Shown: positions 33,251 to 45,400 of the stretch, piece after piece
Layout: every line of letters starts with the position of its first letter
Numbering within the stretch: position 1 is the first letter of the stretch
IMG/VR virus record: IMGVR_UViG_3300025881_000008
Span: 32,001-96,000 of that record
Direction: 5' to 3' (one strand)
DNA length: 64,000 bases
Source of the DNA: a virus
Program-made: the position numbers and the translations under genes
Notes under the pieces: model-generated
Databases searched by the model: none
Told to the model about the DNA's origin: nothing
What the model saw: the letters and a program-made list of their open reading frames with translations, nothing else

Positions 33251-34927
33251 TTAGCTTAAACCGCCACCTCCGCCACATGCATCAAACGTGAATGTATAAA
33301 CATTTGATATAACGTCTGGTAAGCCTGACCTAAGTTGTATTATTCTAAAATATTTAGTAGTATCACATGAGTTTGCAAAAATTAATCTCCTAGGTGAAGT
33401 ACAATCGCCGGTATTACTACCCCACGGGCCTGTCGGTGATAATGAGTTTTGCACGGTAACTCCTGTACAATTTTCGATATCGCTCAATGTCCAATCGACA
33501 TCAACTTCATCAGGATATGATAAAGATCCAAGGTCAGACAATACCCTATTTAATACTGCTGTTGCTGGAATTGGCGTTGGAGTCGGTGGAACCGAAGTTG
33601 GAGTAGGTGTTGGAGTTGGGCCTGCACCTGAGCCACTAGTTGGCGTTGGAGTTGGAGCAACATTAATCAACGTTATCGTCCACACTACTTTAACATTAGA
33701 ATCATTAGGGTGTGTTACAGTTACGTTGTATACCTTTCCAAGCGTTGATGCACTTGTAACCACTCTTATTCTATTCAGACTTGGTTCCATTGTAATCGTT
33801 AAACCAGCCTGATCAACAGACACGTTACTAGAACTTGGATCTACACCGGCAGGTGTAATTCCGTAATTTAAGTATAATGTTGTTGGTGTGTTATATGGTG
33901 CAGTTAGAACATTAGATCCATTTATTGTTAATTCTGCTGAACTAAATGGACTACCATCTGCTTTTGCATCAATATCACCACCAGAAATACTAATAGTATC
34001 TGAAGCAGGTGAACCGTCGGCATTTGCTACAATATCACCACCAACAATACCAATACTATCACCAACTGGAGTGCCACAATCAGTACATAGTTCTCTCCAC
34101 TCAGGAGTACCGCTGTTATTATAATAAGCTTCTACAATATCTAAATCAGTATTAAATCTAATCATACCAATCTGAGGCACAATAGGTCTTTGACCGGTTG
34201 TCCCTGCCGGCAATCTTAGATATCCTTTAAATTCTGCATTAATATCAACATCTAAGATACCAGATCCTAATGTTGACAATTTTATATTTGTATCAGCTAA
34301 AGAATTTATATTTACGAAATTTCCACTTAAGTTAAATGAAGAACTATTAGCAACTAAAGTTATCTTATCAGTATTGACACCGTATTCTATTAAAGTATTG
34401 CCAAATGCATTTTGCCAATTAAATCTGGTATACCCATCTAAAACAGTACTAGTTAATACTAAATTTTTACTAATACCGCCTAGATCGTGATGACGTAATT
34501 TTATATAATTTTCAAAAATAACATCTCTACCGATATTTAGTCTAGCATTAGTTTCTATATCACCGTCTGTTAAGCCTTCTTCAAAATCAGAATCACCTAA
34601 CCATATAATTGGCATATTTAGATCAGTCCCAACTTTAGGTTTTAGAATGCTAACTTCATTATTACCATCATTATTTGTATCTACTTCAACAGTATACCAT
34701 GGGCTATCAGTAGATCCTGCTACACCCTTTTCACCAATTGGTCCAACTTCACCCTTTTGACCTTTTTGTCCGGTCGAACCGACCTGGCCCTGATCACCCT
34801 TTTGGCCTTTAGGTCCAGCAGGCCCGCCGCCATTTGCTAAGATTTGATCAAAATTATAATTAATCTTTTCAAACTTTATAGAGTCCGAATCGCTTGGGTG
34901 TAATATCTCTTGAATGTTAATTGCCAT
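33251..34927 (-). CDS. Tail fibre-like protein with collagen repeat
   Basis: About 12 Gly-X-Y triplets, LRLPAGTTGQRP...GMIRFNTD fibre motif, duplicated GGDIxAxADGSP, PT linker, Ig/FN3-like end. Confidence 0.75.
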   Translation of the reverse strand: MAINIQEILHPSDSDSIKFEKINYNFDQILANGGGPAGPKGQKGDQGQVGSTGQKGQKGEVGPIGEKGVAGSTDSPWYTVEVDTNNDGNNEVSILKPKVGTDLNMPIIWLGDSDFEEGLTDGDIETNARLNIGRDVIFENYIKLRHHDLGGISKNLVLTSTVLDGYTRFNWQNAFGNTLIEYGVNTDKITLVANSSSFNLSGNFVNINSLADTNIKLSTLGSGILDVDINAEFKGYLRLPAGTTGQRPIVPQIGMIRFNTDLDIVEAYYNNSGTPEWRELCTDCGTPVGDSIGIVGGDIVANADGSPASDTISISGGDIDAKADGSPFSSAELTINGSNVLTAPYNTPTTLYLNYGITPAGVDPSSSNVSVDQAGLTITMEPSLNRIRVVTSASTLGKVYNVTVTHPNDSNVKVVWTITLINVAPTPTPTSGSGAGPTPTPTPTSVPPTPTPIPATAVLNRVLSDLGSLSYPDEVDVDWTLSDIENCTGVTVQNSLSPTGPWGSNTGDCTSPRRLIFANSCDTTKYFRIIQLRSGLPDVISNVYTFTFDACGGGGGLS

Positions 34928-34928
34928 T

Positions 34929-37900
34929 TTATGACTTTATTTTTATCATAGGTTTGATGTCGTAAGAATATCCTAATCTTTTATTATATATCAACCTAAA
35001 ATTCATAGGCTTTTGTTTATGTGATTTATAAGTAAAATTATTGTCAGGGGAAAATCCTCCGTCACCAATTAAATTAATATCTACAGTGTTTACAATACTC
35101 GAAGCACTACCCTTAAAACGTTTAGTGTATAATTGAATAGAATCAACAACAAACTGTGATATAACATTTTTATTAATATAGAAATCAGCGTCGTCATTTA
35201 GCGTAGTCTTATCTCCGGCAGAATTTTGTGCGCTTACATAATTTCTAATGGCATTTAATACACCATCAGTCCTTAGAATTCTAGTAGCAACGTCTGTGAT
35301 ATAGAAATCAGCAATAATTTCATTTTCGTCTTCAAACATTAATACTTCTGTATCATTGATAGAGTTTTTTAAGATCTCATCCAATTCTTCTTTACTTTCA
35401 ATAACTTGATAGTTAAACGAATAAAGATTATATTCATTCTTAACTTTCATAGCAGTTGATGCTAAGTAAGATCTTTCTTCTGTATTGTCTACGGTTCCTG
35501 GAACATCTTCGCTTTTTCCACCTGAAAGAGATCTAGTGTAGTAACCAAAATCCCATGAAGATCTAAATACATTAACATCTTTTTTAGAAATTGCAATCTC
35601 ATCAATTAATGGATATAGTGGTAATTTATCAGAAGACTCTGACAATTTAGTAATACCAGTAGGATTAGTTTCATTTATTTTATGATAGAAATGATTTTTA
35701 ATTAATCCCCAGCTACCGTCATGTACGCCACCGTCTTGTATAAACCCAATATTAAATGTAGTACCACATCGATTGTATCTTTCATAATAAGCTTTAGCCG
35801 TAGTTAATTCGTAACTATTTGTAAGAGAGTGTTTGTACATTATTGATTCAAAACCAACTTCTCTTTGATCTGCACTTGCTTGAATTCTATTAGATTTAAA
35901 ATGAGTATACATGTCTGTGAATGTAACAACTGGTCTAAAATCTACCGTATATGCTCCAGCGTGTCTAATCAAGAATGGATAATATAAAGCATCATCCTCT
36001 CTAGTCAAATTATATCCAATAATACCTTTAAACAGTTTATAACTTTTAGGTTTATCATTATCTTCTTCCACAGAAAGAGTTGCATATTTAACTATTTCAG
36101 TACCATCCTCGAAATTAATAGTAAATCTATTATTATTAATTGTACCATCTTCCTCGACCGTAGTATATGTAACACTATCATCGTTTAAGTTAATCATGTT
36201 GGCTACACTGTTTATAGAAATCTTATTTAAAATAGTTTCATGTATATTAGTACCTCCATCGACATATGAATATTTTATTCTTCTTTGGATGTTATTAGGT
36301 AAATATGCTACGTCTAAAACATCGTCTGGATCGTTTACATTAACTGGAGGTCCAACAACTTTAATGGTACTTGAGTTTTCAACAGAGTACACTTTAAACT
36401 TATAGATAGTATTACCAGGCGTAGTTGGATATAAATCCATTAACACATCACCGTATAATCCATTTTCACCTAAAACAATTTGATTTTCAAAATCAGGGAT
36501 ACTTCCGTCAAAATGATTTATACCTTCAATCGTATATGGTGAACCTTCAGAGAAATTTGCAGTATTCCAACTTAATGCACCGTCAAATGGTGTATTCGCA
36601 TAAGTATAATCTTCTATTGTGTGATCGTATACGATTTTGTGTTTTAATTCATATAACATTTTTCTGTTCATATTACCTTTAATCCAGTAATCACCAAGAT
36701 TTAAAGTAATGAAGAATATTACAAACTTAAACTTTTTATTTTGTATTATTTCAAATTCAACATCGTTATTAGTAACATCATTATTAGTTTTTAATAGAAT
36801 ACTAAACTTATATCCATTAAACTCACTGCTTTTCACAAAGTCTAGCGCGGTTTTATTGGTAAATTCTTTTCTATTTTTTAAGACAACTTTTAAACCTTTA
36901 AATATAGTACTCGCAAAGGCACCAGTATCTCCGCCGTCAATTAAAGTATATTTCTTTTTAAGGTCAGTCTTAAAAAACGTGTTATTAATATCATCTGGGT
37001 TTAAATAACCCCTAGTATACCCGCCGAATGTATCATATATGCCCTGAACATCATCACTGTTTAGATTCTTTTCAAATCCTTCAGTAATCATAAATTTATC
37101 AAAATAATTATTCTTAGTACTCTTAAATAAATTTGGAGTTAATTCAAAATCCTCTATAAAATTAATATATGAGAATGTGTTGTTTAATTCATCATATCTT
37201 AAATAACTAGGTTTCTTCTCCATATAGAACCACTCATGTGTCATATCATCTTTACTACGTTCAGTAGCACTTAAATCAGGTGAAAAGTTTGTTCTACCAA
37301 ATGCTTCGTTAGTATTTAGATAATAAGGTTGATCTCTAACTGTTAAAGAATCTTTTAAAACCCATTTGTTTATATTTGGAACCACTCTCGAATTAGTGGC
37401 AAACTCTTTTAATTGATTCTCTTTTAGTCTATCAAATTCACTAGTTATAATTTCAGCAGAAATATCATCAACAGATTCTTCTGATAAAATACCAGATAAA
37501 TTAGAGAAATAATTAATAGGTTTTAGTGGATAATTATCGCTAAAAATATCATTAGCAGATAATGTTGTATTGTATTCTCCCGTAATTGGATCAATATTAA
37601 GTATGGCATTTTCATATGGTTCATATGCAATATTTGCCGTAGTTTCATAATCTAGTTCTTTTAGATCTGAGTTAGTAGTATCATAAAAGTCAAAGTTCAT
37701 ATCGTATATGTTATATGCTGAAAATAAACCAATTTTTACAATATTCTCACTAAATACTCTAGCCTCCCCGTCTTTAATATCGGATTTTAAGCTTAATATT
37801 AATTTTGATCTAGTAGAATTAGGTATACTTATATCCTCTACAATATCTATTACTTCGTTAAATATACCAGCATATTTAGTTTCTAAATAATCTCCTACTG

Positions 37901-40900
37901 AAATTTCGCTTAATGTTGTATTGTTTATGTAAACTGATTTACTAGTAGAATTACCTCCGTTTAAATAATGAGCATCCCACTTAGAAAGAATGTAACCCGC
38001 ACCTTTTCTTAATTTTAAAATATTATTAAAATCAATATTGTCAACATCTATAAAATCAATTACATTTTCTTTGTTAACTAAAACAGCATGTTGTAATAAC
38101 CTATATCCAGGAACCCTAGCTTTAACCCAAAGATCAGACCCGATATTATAAGCATCTAAAGGACTATCATCTGCATGAATAACTCCTGCTAATGCAGAGG
38201 CAATATCACTTAATGTACCTTGGTTAGAGAAGAATTTTCCACTATAAGTTCCTTTCGGTAAAGTATAATTAGCAGAATATGTTCTGTTTTGAATATTAAT
38301 ATTGGTTTGAATTTGATCAACTCTTATTATAGAACTTATAGCTCCGGTTACCGCCATGTTTAGATCACCTAGGTTTGTTTCAATCTCAGTTAAAACAATA
38401 GACTGTGATTGATAATCAAAACTAATGTGGTAATTACCAACAGCACTAGTCTTTCTGTAGATTGTTATTTTATCTGGATCACTTATCGCCGACTCAATAT
38501 TACCAGCAGTCTCCTGAAGAGTAGACCCTAACAATAAAGAATTATCAAATAAATTGTGAGTTCCCTGTGAATCTTCTAATCGAATATTAATACCCTCTCC
38601 CGGTGTTTGTTTAATAAAAGTAAATTTATAAGACTCCTCTCTTGATGCTACCACAGCAATTTTATCATTACTGTCTGGCACATCTACAATAGACATTTTA
38701 ACAAAATCGTAGCCTCTTTCGTCATTTTTTATTAGATCGACAGATTTGCCAGTATGTGATATACCTATAGTGCTAGGAATATCTCCAGTAGAATCATCAA
38801 TTCTAACTTCTAGATTTAGAGAATCATAAAGACCTGAATTAGATATCTTATAGTATACACCATTAATTAATACATAACCAAGTGTTGGCGTAGTACTCAT
38901 TTGTTTATGTGTTGGAATTGCAGTTGTTGGTTTACTTGGATTTACCAAAGACGAAACCCCTGCGAATTTAATAACATTATTAGATATTGAACTTATTTCA
39001 CCAAAGCCCGAATCTATATCATCTACGTAAAGACCGAAATACCTATTAATGCTATAATCGCTAGAATCATTATCATCAAATAAAAATTCTAAGTTTAAAA
39101 GATTGGCACATAAAATATTGTTTCTTCTAAAACCGTCTGTGATAAAGTCATTAGCTTCAATTAAAGCTTTATCAGTCTCTACGAAGTCTTTGTAGATATA
39201 TTCACCCTTACTAGTTAATTCACCAGAAGACAAATCAATACCATTATAGTTAGTAACTTCATTTTTGCCAAGCGAAACAGTAATAGGTGATTTAGGGAAT
39301 GTTTCCTGTTGTACATGTGCCCTGATGTATTTACCCAGGTTTGATTTTTTAGATAAATCAAAAGTTTTGATAATCTCAGCGTTCCTTAATATCTCTTGAA
39401 TCCTCCTAGCATTGTCTAAAGTAACACCAGATGCATCAACACCCCCTGGGTTTTTAACTTTAAATATAACAAAATTGTTTGGCATGTTATTATCAGCCCA
39501 AATAGGTGCCAACATCCTATAACTCTCATCGTAGTTTTTAGAATAATTATATGTAGTACCATATTGATACTCTTCCTCTATTTGTTTATTATAAGAATCT
39601 AATACTGTCAAGTCCGACTCAGATCTTTTAGTTAAATAAACAAGATCAGATGTGGTGCCGTTTTTCTTAAAGAAATTAGCAACATCGGTTGAATAATTAC
39701 CATTAGGATTTATTGGACTCTTCTTGTATTTTATACCAGCTAAATCTTTACTAGCACTGATACTTTCCATATAAACTGAACCATCTGAACTTGTAACTAG
39801 TTTAACGTTACCTGATAATTTGGGGTTAGTTCTTAATAGTGGTTTAGCTACATTGTCTAATTTATAGTTAGTTTCTGTTTTAAAGTTTGGTCCAGCAGAA
39901 ACAGTTTCATAACCCTCAACAAACGGGAAAGTATATGTAGTTGTAACGCTTGAATTATCACCTATAACACAGAAACTAGATGCTATACTTTCATATACAT
40001 CAACTTTAACTTCACTACTTAAACCTATTTCAACGCCAGCTGAAACAACTGGCCTTTGTTGAGATGTGATACCTGAATCCTTAAGCAGGGCAATGGCATC
40101 GTCAATATCTTCTGCGGTTATTTTAACACTATACTCTAAACAACTATCAAAGCCGCTGGTCTTGATTACATTACCAAATGATAAAGTATCAATAAATGTT
40201 TTTATATAGCTACCAGCATCACTAGAAACGTCCGTGTGTAGTCCATTAATAACATATATTGGCCAGAATAAAGTTTCTGTATTATTACCAGCCTCAGGCC
40301 CTTCTATTTCCGGATTTAATGAATAAAAACCATAAAATACATTTATATCATTTACACCAGGTTCCGGTCTAGATATGGTATTATTAGTTATGTTGGGCTT
40401 TATATAAGTCGAACACTGACCACTCGATACTATACTTGATCCGGAAACAGTAAGTCCGTCTGAGTCATAACCATACCATTTTAAATTAGCGCCATCGCCT
40501 GGATTTTCCCAAATTAAATAGCCAGAAAGATCATTAAACACATTTGATTCAAATAAATCTATTTGATCTTCGCTAGTTGCACCTAATTCAGTTTTATAAA
40601 CAGGTGTGTTAGATTTAGCTAATCCTAAAAGATCAGTAAAAGGCGCAGTACCCTCTGGTCTAACATACCACAAAGTGGTGTTCGTAACAACGCCGTTACA
40701 AAATTCATTTATACTAGGATCTGATAAATTTGATTTGTTAGCTACTAAACTATATGTAACGTTAACAATATCCTCTTCACAATACCATTCAAATGTTCCG
40801 ATAGAAGTTAATCCCCAATCATTAACCAAAGATCTTTTATAATATGTGCCAGCAGGAGCTTCGCTGTAAATACCACTATCAATTAAACCTATCGTACTAG

Positions 40901-42437
40901 CGCCTCCGGTACTTGTATATAAATCTGAATAATATTCACTAATAAACAGAGGTGTGTTGTCAGCTACTAATTGAGAAAGTGTTTTTTGAGACGCGCCGTC
41001 ATACCATACTGTTATTTCTTGATAATCTTCAGCACAATGTGTTATTGTGTTAGTTGCATATAAAACCGCAGTAGAACTAGAGTTTACCGAAACAGTACAT
41101 GGAATAATACCATTAGTTACAATTTGACCGCTGCTGTTAATTTTTAATACACTTGTGGCACTATTATCTGAGACAGTAATATACACATCTGTCGCGTTTG
41201 GTGGTGTAAATTTATTTAATAAAGATTGATCATAAAAAATAGAATCACCGCCAGATAATTGAGCAACATTATTTGCCTGCACGGTACTTCCGTAGCCAGT
41301 CGCCAGTGTTGGAGCGATACACATTGTATTAGGATCACTACCGAACGAGCTTATCTGAAAACTAAATACAGGAGAATATTCAACCTCAATATTGATAGTT
41401 GTTGGTGCAGATTCAGCGCCTTTGGAATCAATTGCTTTAATTACCCAACTATCATTACCAAAATAACCTGCATTAGGGGTATATGTAGCCCTTATAGAAG
41501 TGTTATCGTTTTGAACAAATGATATAGTTCCATTAGGGGTTGCTGTTATTTGTATAAACGATACTGGATCACCATCAGCATCTGTCGCATTTACAATAAA
41601 CATACTAGTGGTATTTTGTAAAACACTCGTACTGGTTGTGGTTATAACTGGTGCAGAATTCTCTGGATTAATAGTTATGATAGCAGGTGCAGATGTTTGA
41701 TTTGCAGAATCTGTTACGGTAAACGTAAACGAATCAGAACCTGCCAGTGTTGAGGTATGTGTATAAGTTACTATATTACCTACAATAGTATATGTTCCTT
41801 TGGTAGGCGCCGCTACTATATTGTACGTTAAATTATTAGTATCAAAATCATCAGAACCAGATAGTGTAATAGTAACTATATCATTCCATGCCACATCGTA
41901 TGTTGCACTAATAGCAACTGGTGGATTATCTGATGTTGCAGTTGGTGTGGGCGTTGCAGTCGCTGTAGGTTCAGGTGTTGCAGTCGCTGTAAGTTCCGGC
42001 GTTGGTGTCGGAGTTGGAGTTACTACTTCAGTTTCAGTTGGCGTAGGCTCAATTTCAGTTTCAGTTGGCGTAGGTGTAGGCTCAACTTCTGTCGCTGTCG
42101 GCGTAGGTGTAGGCTCAACTTCTGTCGCTGTCGGCGTAGGTGTAGGCTCAACTTCTGTCGCAGTTGGTGTCGGAGTTACTACCGCACACTCCTCAATTTC
42201 AATGACCTCACCAACGGAACTGATAAGTAATACAACAGTATCATCACTTAATCGCCACCAAAGATCTTGTCCATCAAATTGTGTCCCAAGTTCTAATCCA
42301 GGAGTCGTAAATAGTAGTGTACCTGCCCCTAGCGCGCCTTCATGAAATAATTCAGATAATTCAGTTGTTCCGGTTGCGCCACATGCTGTTATAGCACTTG
42401 AATAACCTAGATCAGTTTTTAATATGATTGATGCCAT
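34929..42437 (-). CDS. 2502-aa virion structural/adhesin-like protein
   Basis: PT/E-rich repeat, two cadherin-like/Big domains (DSFTFTVTD, DADGD, YTPNAGYFGND), long C-terminal region. Confidence 0.65.
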   Translation of the reverse strand: MASIILKTDLGYSSAITACGATGTTELSELFHEGALGAGTLLFTTPGLELGTQFDGQDLWWRLSDDTVVLLISSVGEVIEIEECAVVTPTPTATEVEPTPTPTATEVEPTPTPTATEVEPTPTPTETEIEPTPTETEVVTPTPTPTPELTATATPEPTATATPTPTATSDNPPVAISATYDVAWNDIVTITLSGSDDFDTNNLTYNIVAAPTKGTYTIVGNIVTYTHTSTLAGSDSFTFTVTDSANQTSAPAIITINPENSAPVITTTSTSVLQNTTSMFIVNATDADGDPVSFIQITATPNGTISFVQNDNTSIRATYTPNAGYFGNDSWVIKAIDSKGAESAPTTINIEVEYSPVFSFQISSFGSDPNTMCIAPTLATGYGSTVQANNVAQLSGGDSIFYDQSLLNKFTPPNATDVYITVSDNSATSVLKINSSGQIVTNGIIPCTVSVNSSSTAVLYATNTITHCAEDYQEITVWYDGASQKTLSQLVADNTPLFISEYYSDLYTSTGGASTIGLIDSGIYSEAPAGTYYKRSLVNDWGLTSIGTFEWYCEEDIVNVTYSLVANKSNLSDPSINEFCNGVVTNTTLWYVRPEGTAPFTDLLGLAKSNTPVYKTELGATSEDQIDLFESNVFNDLSGYLIWENPGDGANLKWYGYDSDGLTVSGSSIVSSGQCSTYIKPNITNNTISRPEPGVNDINVFYGFYSLNPEIEGPEAGNNTETLFWPIYVINGLHTDVSSDAGSYIKTFIDTLSFGNVIKTSGFDSCLEYSVKITAEDIDDAIALLKDSGITSQQRPVVSAGVEIGLSSEVKVDVYESIASSFCVIGDNSSVTTTYTFPFVEGYETVSAGPNFKTETNYKLDNVAKPLLRTNPKLSGNVKLVTSSDGSVYMESISASKDLAGIKYKKSPINPNGNYSTDVANFFKKNGTTSDLVYLTKRSESDLTVLDSYNKQIEEEYQYGTTYNYSKNYDESYRMLAPIWADNNMPNNFVIFKVKNPGGVDASGVTLDNARRIQEILRNAEIIKTFDLSKKSNLGKYIRAHVQQETFPKSPITVSLGKNEVTNYNGIDLSSGELTSKGEYIYKDFVETDKALIEANDFITDGFRRNNILCANLLNLEFLFDDNDSSDYSINRYFGLYVDDIDSGFGEISSISNNVIKFAGVSSLVNPSKPTTAIPTHKQMSTTPTLGYVLINGVYYKISNSGLYDSLNLEVRIDDSTGDIPSTIGISHTGKSVDLIKNDERGYDFVKMSIVDVPDSNDKIAVVASREESYKFTFIKQTPGEGINIRLEDSQGTHNLFDNSLLLGSTLQETAGNIESAISDPDKITIYRKTSAVGNYHISFDYQSQSIVLTEIETNLGDLNMAVTGAISSIIRVDQIQTNINIQNRTYSANYTLPKGTYSGKFFSNQGTLSDIASALAGVIHADDSPLDAYNIGSDLWVKARVPGYRLLQHAVLVNKENVIDFIDVDNIDFNNILKLRKGAGYILSKWDAHYLNGGNSTSKSVYINNTTLSEISVGDYLETKYAGIFNEVIDIVEDISIPNSTRSKLILSLKSDIKDGEARVFSENIVKIGLFSAYNIYDMNFDFYDTTNSDLKELDYETTANIAYEPYENAILNIDPITGEYNTTLSANDIFSDNYPLKPINYFSNLSGILSEESVDDISAEIITSEFDRLKENQLKEFATNSRVVPNINKWVLKDSLTVRDQPYYLNTNEAFGRTNFSPDLSATERSKDDMTHEWFYMEKKPSYLRYDELNNTFSYINFIEDFELTPNLFKSTKNNYFDKFMITEGFEKNLNSDDVQGIYDTFGGYTRGYLNPDDINNTFFKTDLKKKYTLIDGGDTGAFASTIFKGLKVVLKNRKEFTNKTALDFVKSSEFNGYKFSILLKTNNDVTNNDVEFEIIQNKKFKFVIFFITLNLGDYWIKGNMNRKMLYELKHKIVYDHTIEDYTYANTPFDGALSWNTANFSEGSPYTIEGINHFDGSIPDFENQIVLGENGLYGDVLMDLYPTTPGNTIYKFKVYSVENSSTIKVVGPPVNVNDPDDVLDVAYLPNNIQRRIKYSYVDGGTNIHETILNKISINSVANMINLNDDSVTYTTVEEDGTINNNRFTINFEDGTEIVKYATLSVEEDNDKPKSYKLFKGIIGYNLTREDDALYYPFLIRHAGAYTVDFRPVVTFTDMYTHFKSNRIQASADQREVGFESIMYKHSLTNSYELTTAKAYYERYNRCGTTFNIGFIQDGGVHDGSWGLIKNHFYHKINETNPTGITKLSESSDKLPLYPLIDEIAISKKDVNVFRSSWDFGYYTRSLSGGKSEDVPGTVDNTEERSYLASTAMKVKNEYNLYSFNYQVIESKEELDEILKNSINDTEVLMFEDENEIIADFYITDVATRILRTDGVLNAIRNYVSAQNSAGDKTTLNDDADFYINKNVISQFVVDSIQLYTKRFKGSASSIVNTVDINLIGDGGFSPDNNFTYKSHKQKPMNFRLIYNKRLGYSYDIKPMIKIKS
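42067..42161. repeat. 33-bp coding tandem repeat (TATEVEPTPTP), about 3 copies
   Basis: ggcgtaggtgtaggctcaacttctgtcgctgtc repeated. Confidence 0.9.
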
Positions 42438-42476
42438 TTAGTTAAATCTTTTTATACACAGTCCACCTGTCTGTAT

Positions 42477-42484
42477 TATATATC
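42477..42484 (-). promoter_or_regulatory. Putative late promoter GATATATA
   Basis: Intergenic, upstream of the 2502-aa gene. Confidence 0.6.
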
Positions 42485-42492
42485 CAGATTTA

Positions 42493-45400
42493 TTATGTGG
42501 CGAATCTCGTCAACTTTGCGGCTCTAATAGAATTTAAGTTTTTACCCTTAGGACTGTATTTAGCGAATACTTCTAGATCAAATGAGAACTGTTGATCATA
42601 TTTATCAAATATATCTAAACCAATCTTTTTGGTATATGTTAAGTTAGGGAATTTTAGTTTAGCCTGTCCACCGATTCTACCAATATCACTTGAAGCATCG
42701 TTACCGTAATAATCAGTCATTCTATATTGGAATATGATATCAACAGACAATGCATTGGAATTATCTAATGTGGCTACTCTACCCTTAATTTCTTTTCTAC
42801 TCTGCTTGCTGTCACCGCCAACACTTAATGTATTTAAGTTAATCGGTGATAAGAATAAGAAAGCTCCACAAGAACGACCACCTAAAAGATATTGATCATT
42901 AGCGCCAAACGACATTTTAAAAGTCCTATCGCCTTCTGTTATTAAATTAGAAGTTTTTTGGAATGCTAATTGTTTAGTAGCTTTAATTGAATTAACAGCA
43001 GATGGTGAAAAAGAATTTCCAATTAATGGACTACTATATACAAACGAAGTTCCACTCGCATACGTTGCACTTATAGGCATCGTATATATTGCATTGTTAA
43101 CCATTGATTGTATATTAGCCCTTTGCTCAGTATCACTAACATTATTTTCGTTTACTGCAGTTTCCTGTGCATCAGCGTATAGGTTTTCTAAATCCGGGTG
43201 GTCTTTATGAATAAACAAACCGTTGTTGTAATTTGCAGAACCTATTAATGCAGACGATGAAATACTACACACATCAACTTTTGCTGCTGAAAATTCTCCG
43301 CTTAAGTTAGTTACTCCGCCATTATTGTATCTGCCAAAAGTTCCTGTCCATATAAAATCAACAGATGTACCATTACCAGTTGGAGTAATTAAATCTACAT
43401 TTGACGTCAATGGTTGGAATTCCGCGTAATTTAGTGAGTATTCATAATTATTTAATGAAGATCCCGTAGTAGATAATAGAGACTCTGTTATGTATAGTGG
43501 GTTTTGATTAGAAACATCCATAAATCTAGAGTATACAAATTGTCCACGTCTTTGTGCCGATTGATATGGTGCTTCAGCCAACAAATCATAAGATTGAATC
43601 GACTTAGAATCTATATTTTGATATTGAATAGGAACCAAATCATATTTACCTTCTGATGTATAATAGTTGTCTGAGCTTATTTTATTATCTGTGTCATTTG
43701 CTCCATTATCATTTAAGGTAACACCAAACCCGTTATCTGCAATAGCAGAACCTGCTGCAGAAGATCTGTATGCCGGTAGATTTCTATCACCAACCAATCT
43801 AGAAACTAATTCTAATTTAGTGGCCTTGGTGTTTTCTAATAAAAGTTTAAATGTTTTAGTAACAATATGTCCTTTCTTAACTGTTAAACTTGCAACCTCA
43901 TCTGCGTAATATCCAGCGAAGATTTGATTTTTAGTACCGTTATTAATAACAGTAACCGTACCATCCTCGTCCATGATTTTAACAACCAATTCACCGATTT
44001 CAACTTCAACAGTACCTTTAAGTGCTGCTATTTGTGCTTCTAATTCGGCAATCTTATCATATACTGAAATTGGTTTTTGTTCAGCTGAAAGAAAACCAGA
44101 CGCAATACTTGTAGCGTTGTGCGCATAATATTTTTCATTAGCACTAAAACTATCATCGATATGTGTAAATACGCCTTTAGATGTTAATTCTTCTGAAATT
44201 TTAACAGCCGCGGTTTCAGCAGCATTTGATAATAATAAAGATTCAACATTAGTTGTATCGATTTCTGTAATAGGGAAATCAATAGTGATTGCTTCTGACC
44301 AATCAGAATAAATCGGGTTAGCAGGATAACCAGCTTCAGAAACGGATTTAACTCTAATCTCTACTAATTCACCTTCGTTAATTGCAATATCTAATTGGTT
44401 AAAGTTAACCTCTTGCGCATCTTCAACCAAACTATTTTGCCACTCAAATTTATTTGTAAATGAGTTTCTATATCTGTCCCTAGCTTTAGTTTTAATTTCA
44501 TTCCAATTTGAGAATACAGCTGTTTTCTCTCTAGTACCTTCGGTAAATGGAAGTTGAGTAACTTCACCTGCTTTTCCACTAGTAGACAAGTATCTATATT
44601 GTATAACAAATTGGACAATATTTTGATCTACTGTATCTGCAACTTTTTTTGCACTTGGTACAGACCAGAAACCTCTAACTCTGTATTTAGGCGTAACATT
44701 AGTTGCATTAGTACCTGATGCTAAAGATTGAATTTGATTAACAATACTGTTATAAAGATTAGTTTCACTAGTCCTCTCAGTAATAAGAGAGCTTAATTCA
44801 TTTTTGTCTTTATCTTTTTGAATATTAGATTCATATTTCTTAGTAGAAATCTCAGATCTCTTTTTAACAATAGTTTCATCTAACTTCTTAATCTTTTCTT
44901 CAACGTTAACCTTATCAGCTGAAAGTTTCTTAATCTTGTCAGCCGCATCATTCGCTGTTAGGTGCGAGTTAATTTGTACTACCTTAAAGTTGTTAAGATT
45001 TAAGGTTGGAGAGTCTGGGGTAATACCCTGTGCTGCCGGTGGGATAGCATCCTCTTTAAGAGCGCTGATGTATCTACCAAAGTCAGCAACTTCAGTTTTG
45101 TAATAGTCATCAAGTCTAATTTCTGAGCCATCAGCCTGAATCAGCGTTAATTCATTTGTATATAAGCCAATACCAGGTGACCAGTTTTCAGCTAATATTT
45201 TTGAATCCGGATCTATTGCCTTAACAAAAACTATCATCCTCTCGTTAAATCCTACATTAAGGTCGATGTTTAAATTAGCAACATCGTTTTTATAGATACC
45301 TAATTGATTCGCTCCGATTTTAATAGACTCATAACCCTCAACCGTTAATAACTCAACTTGATTAGTTGAACCATCAACTCTTGTAATTTTATATCTAGTG

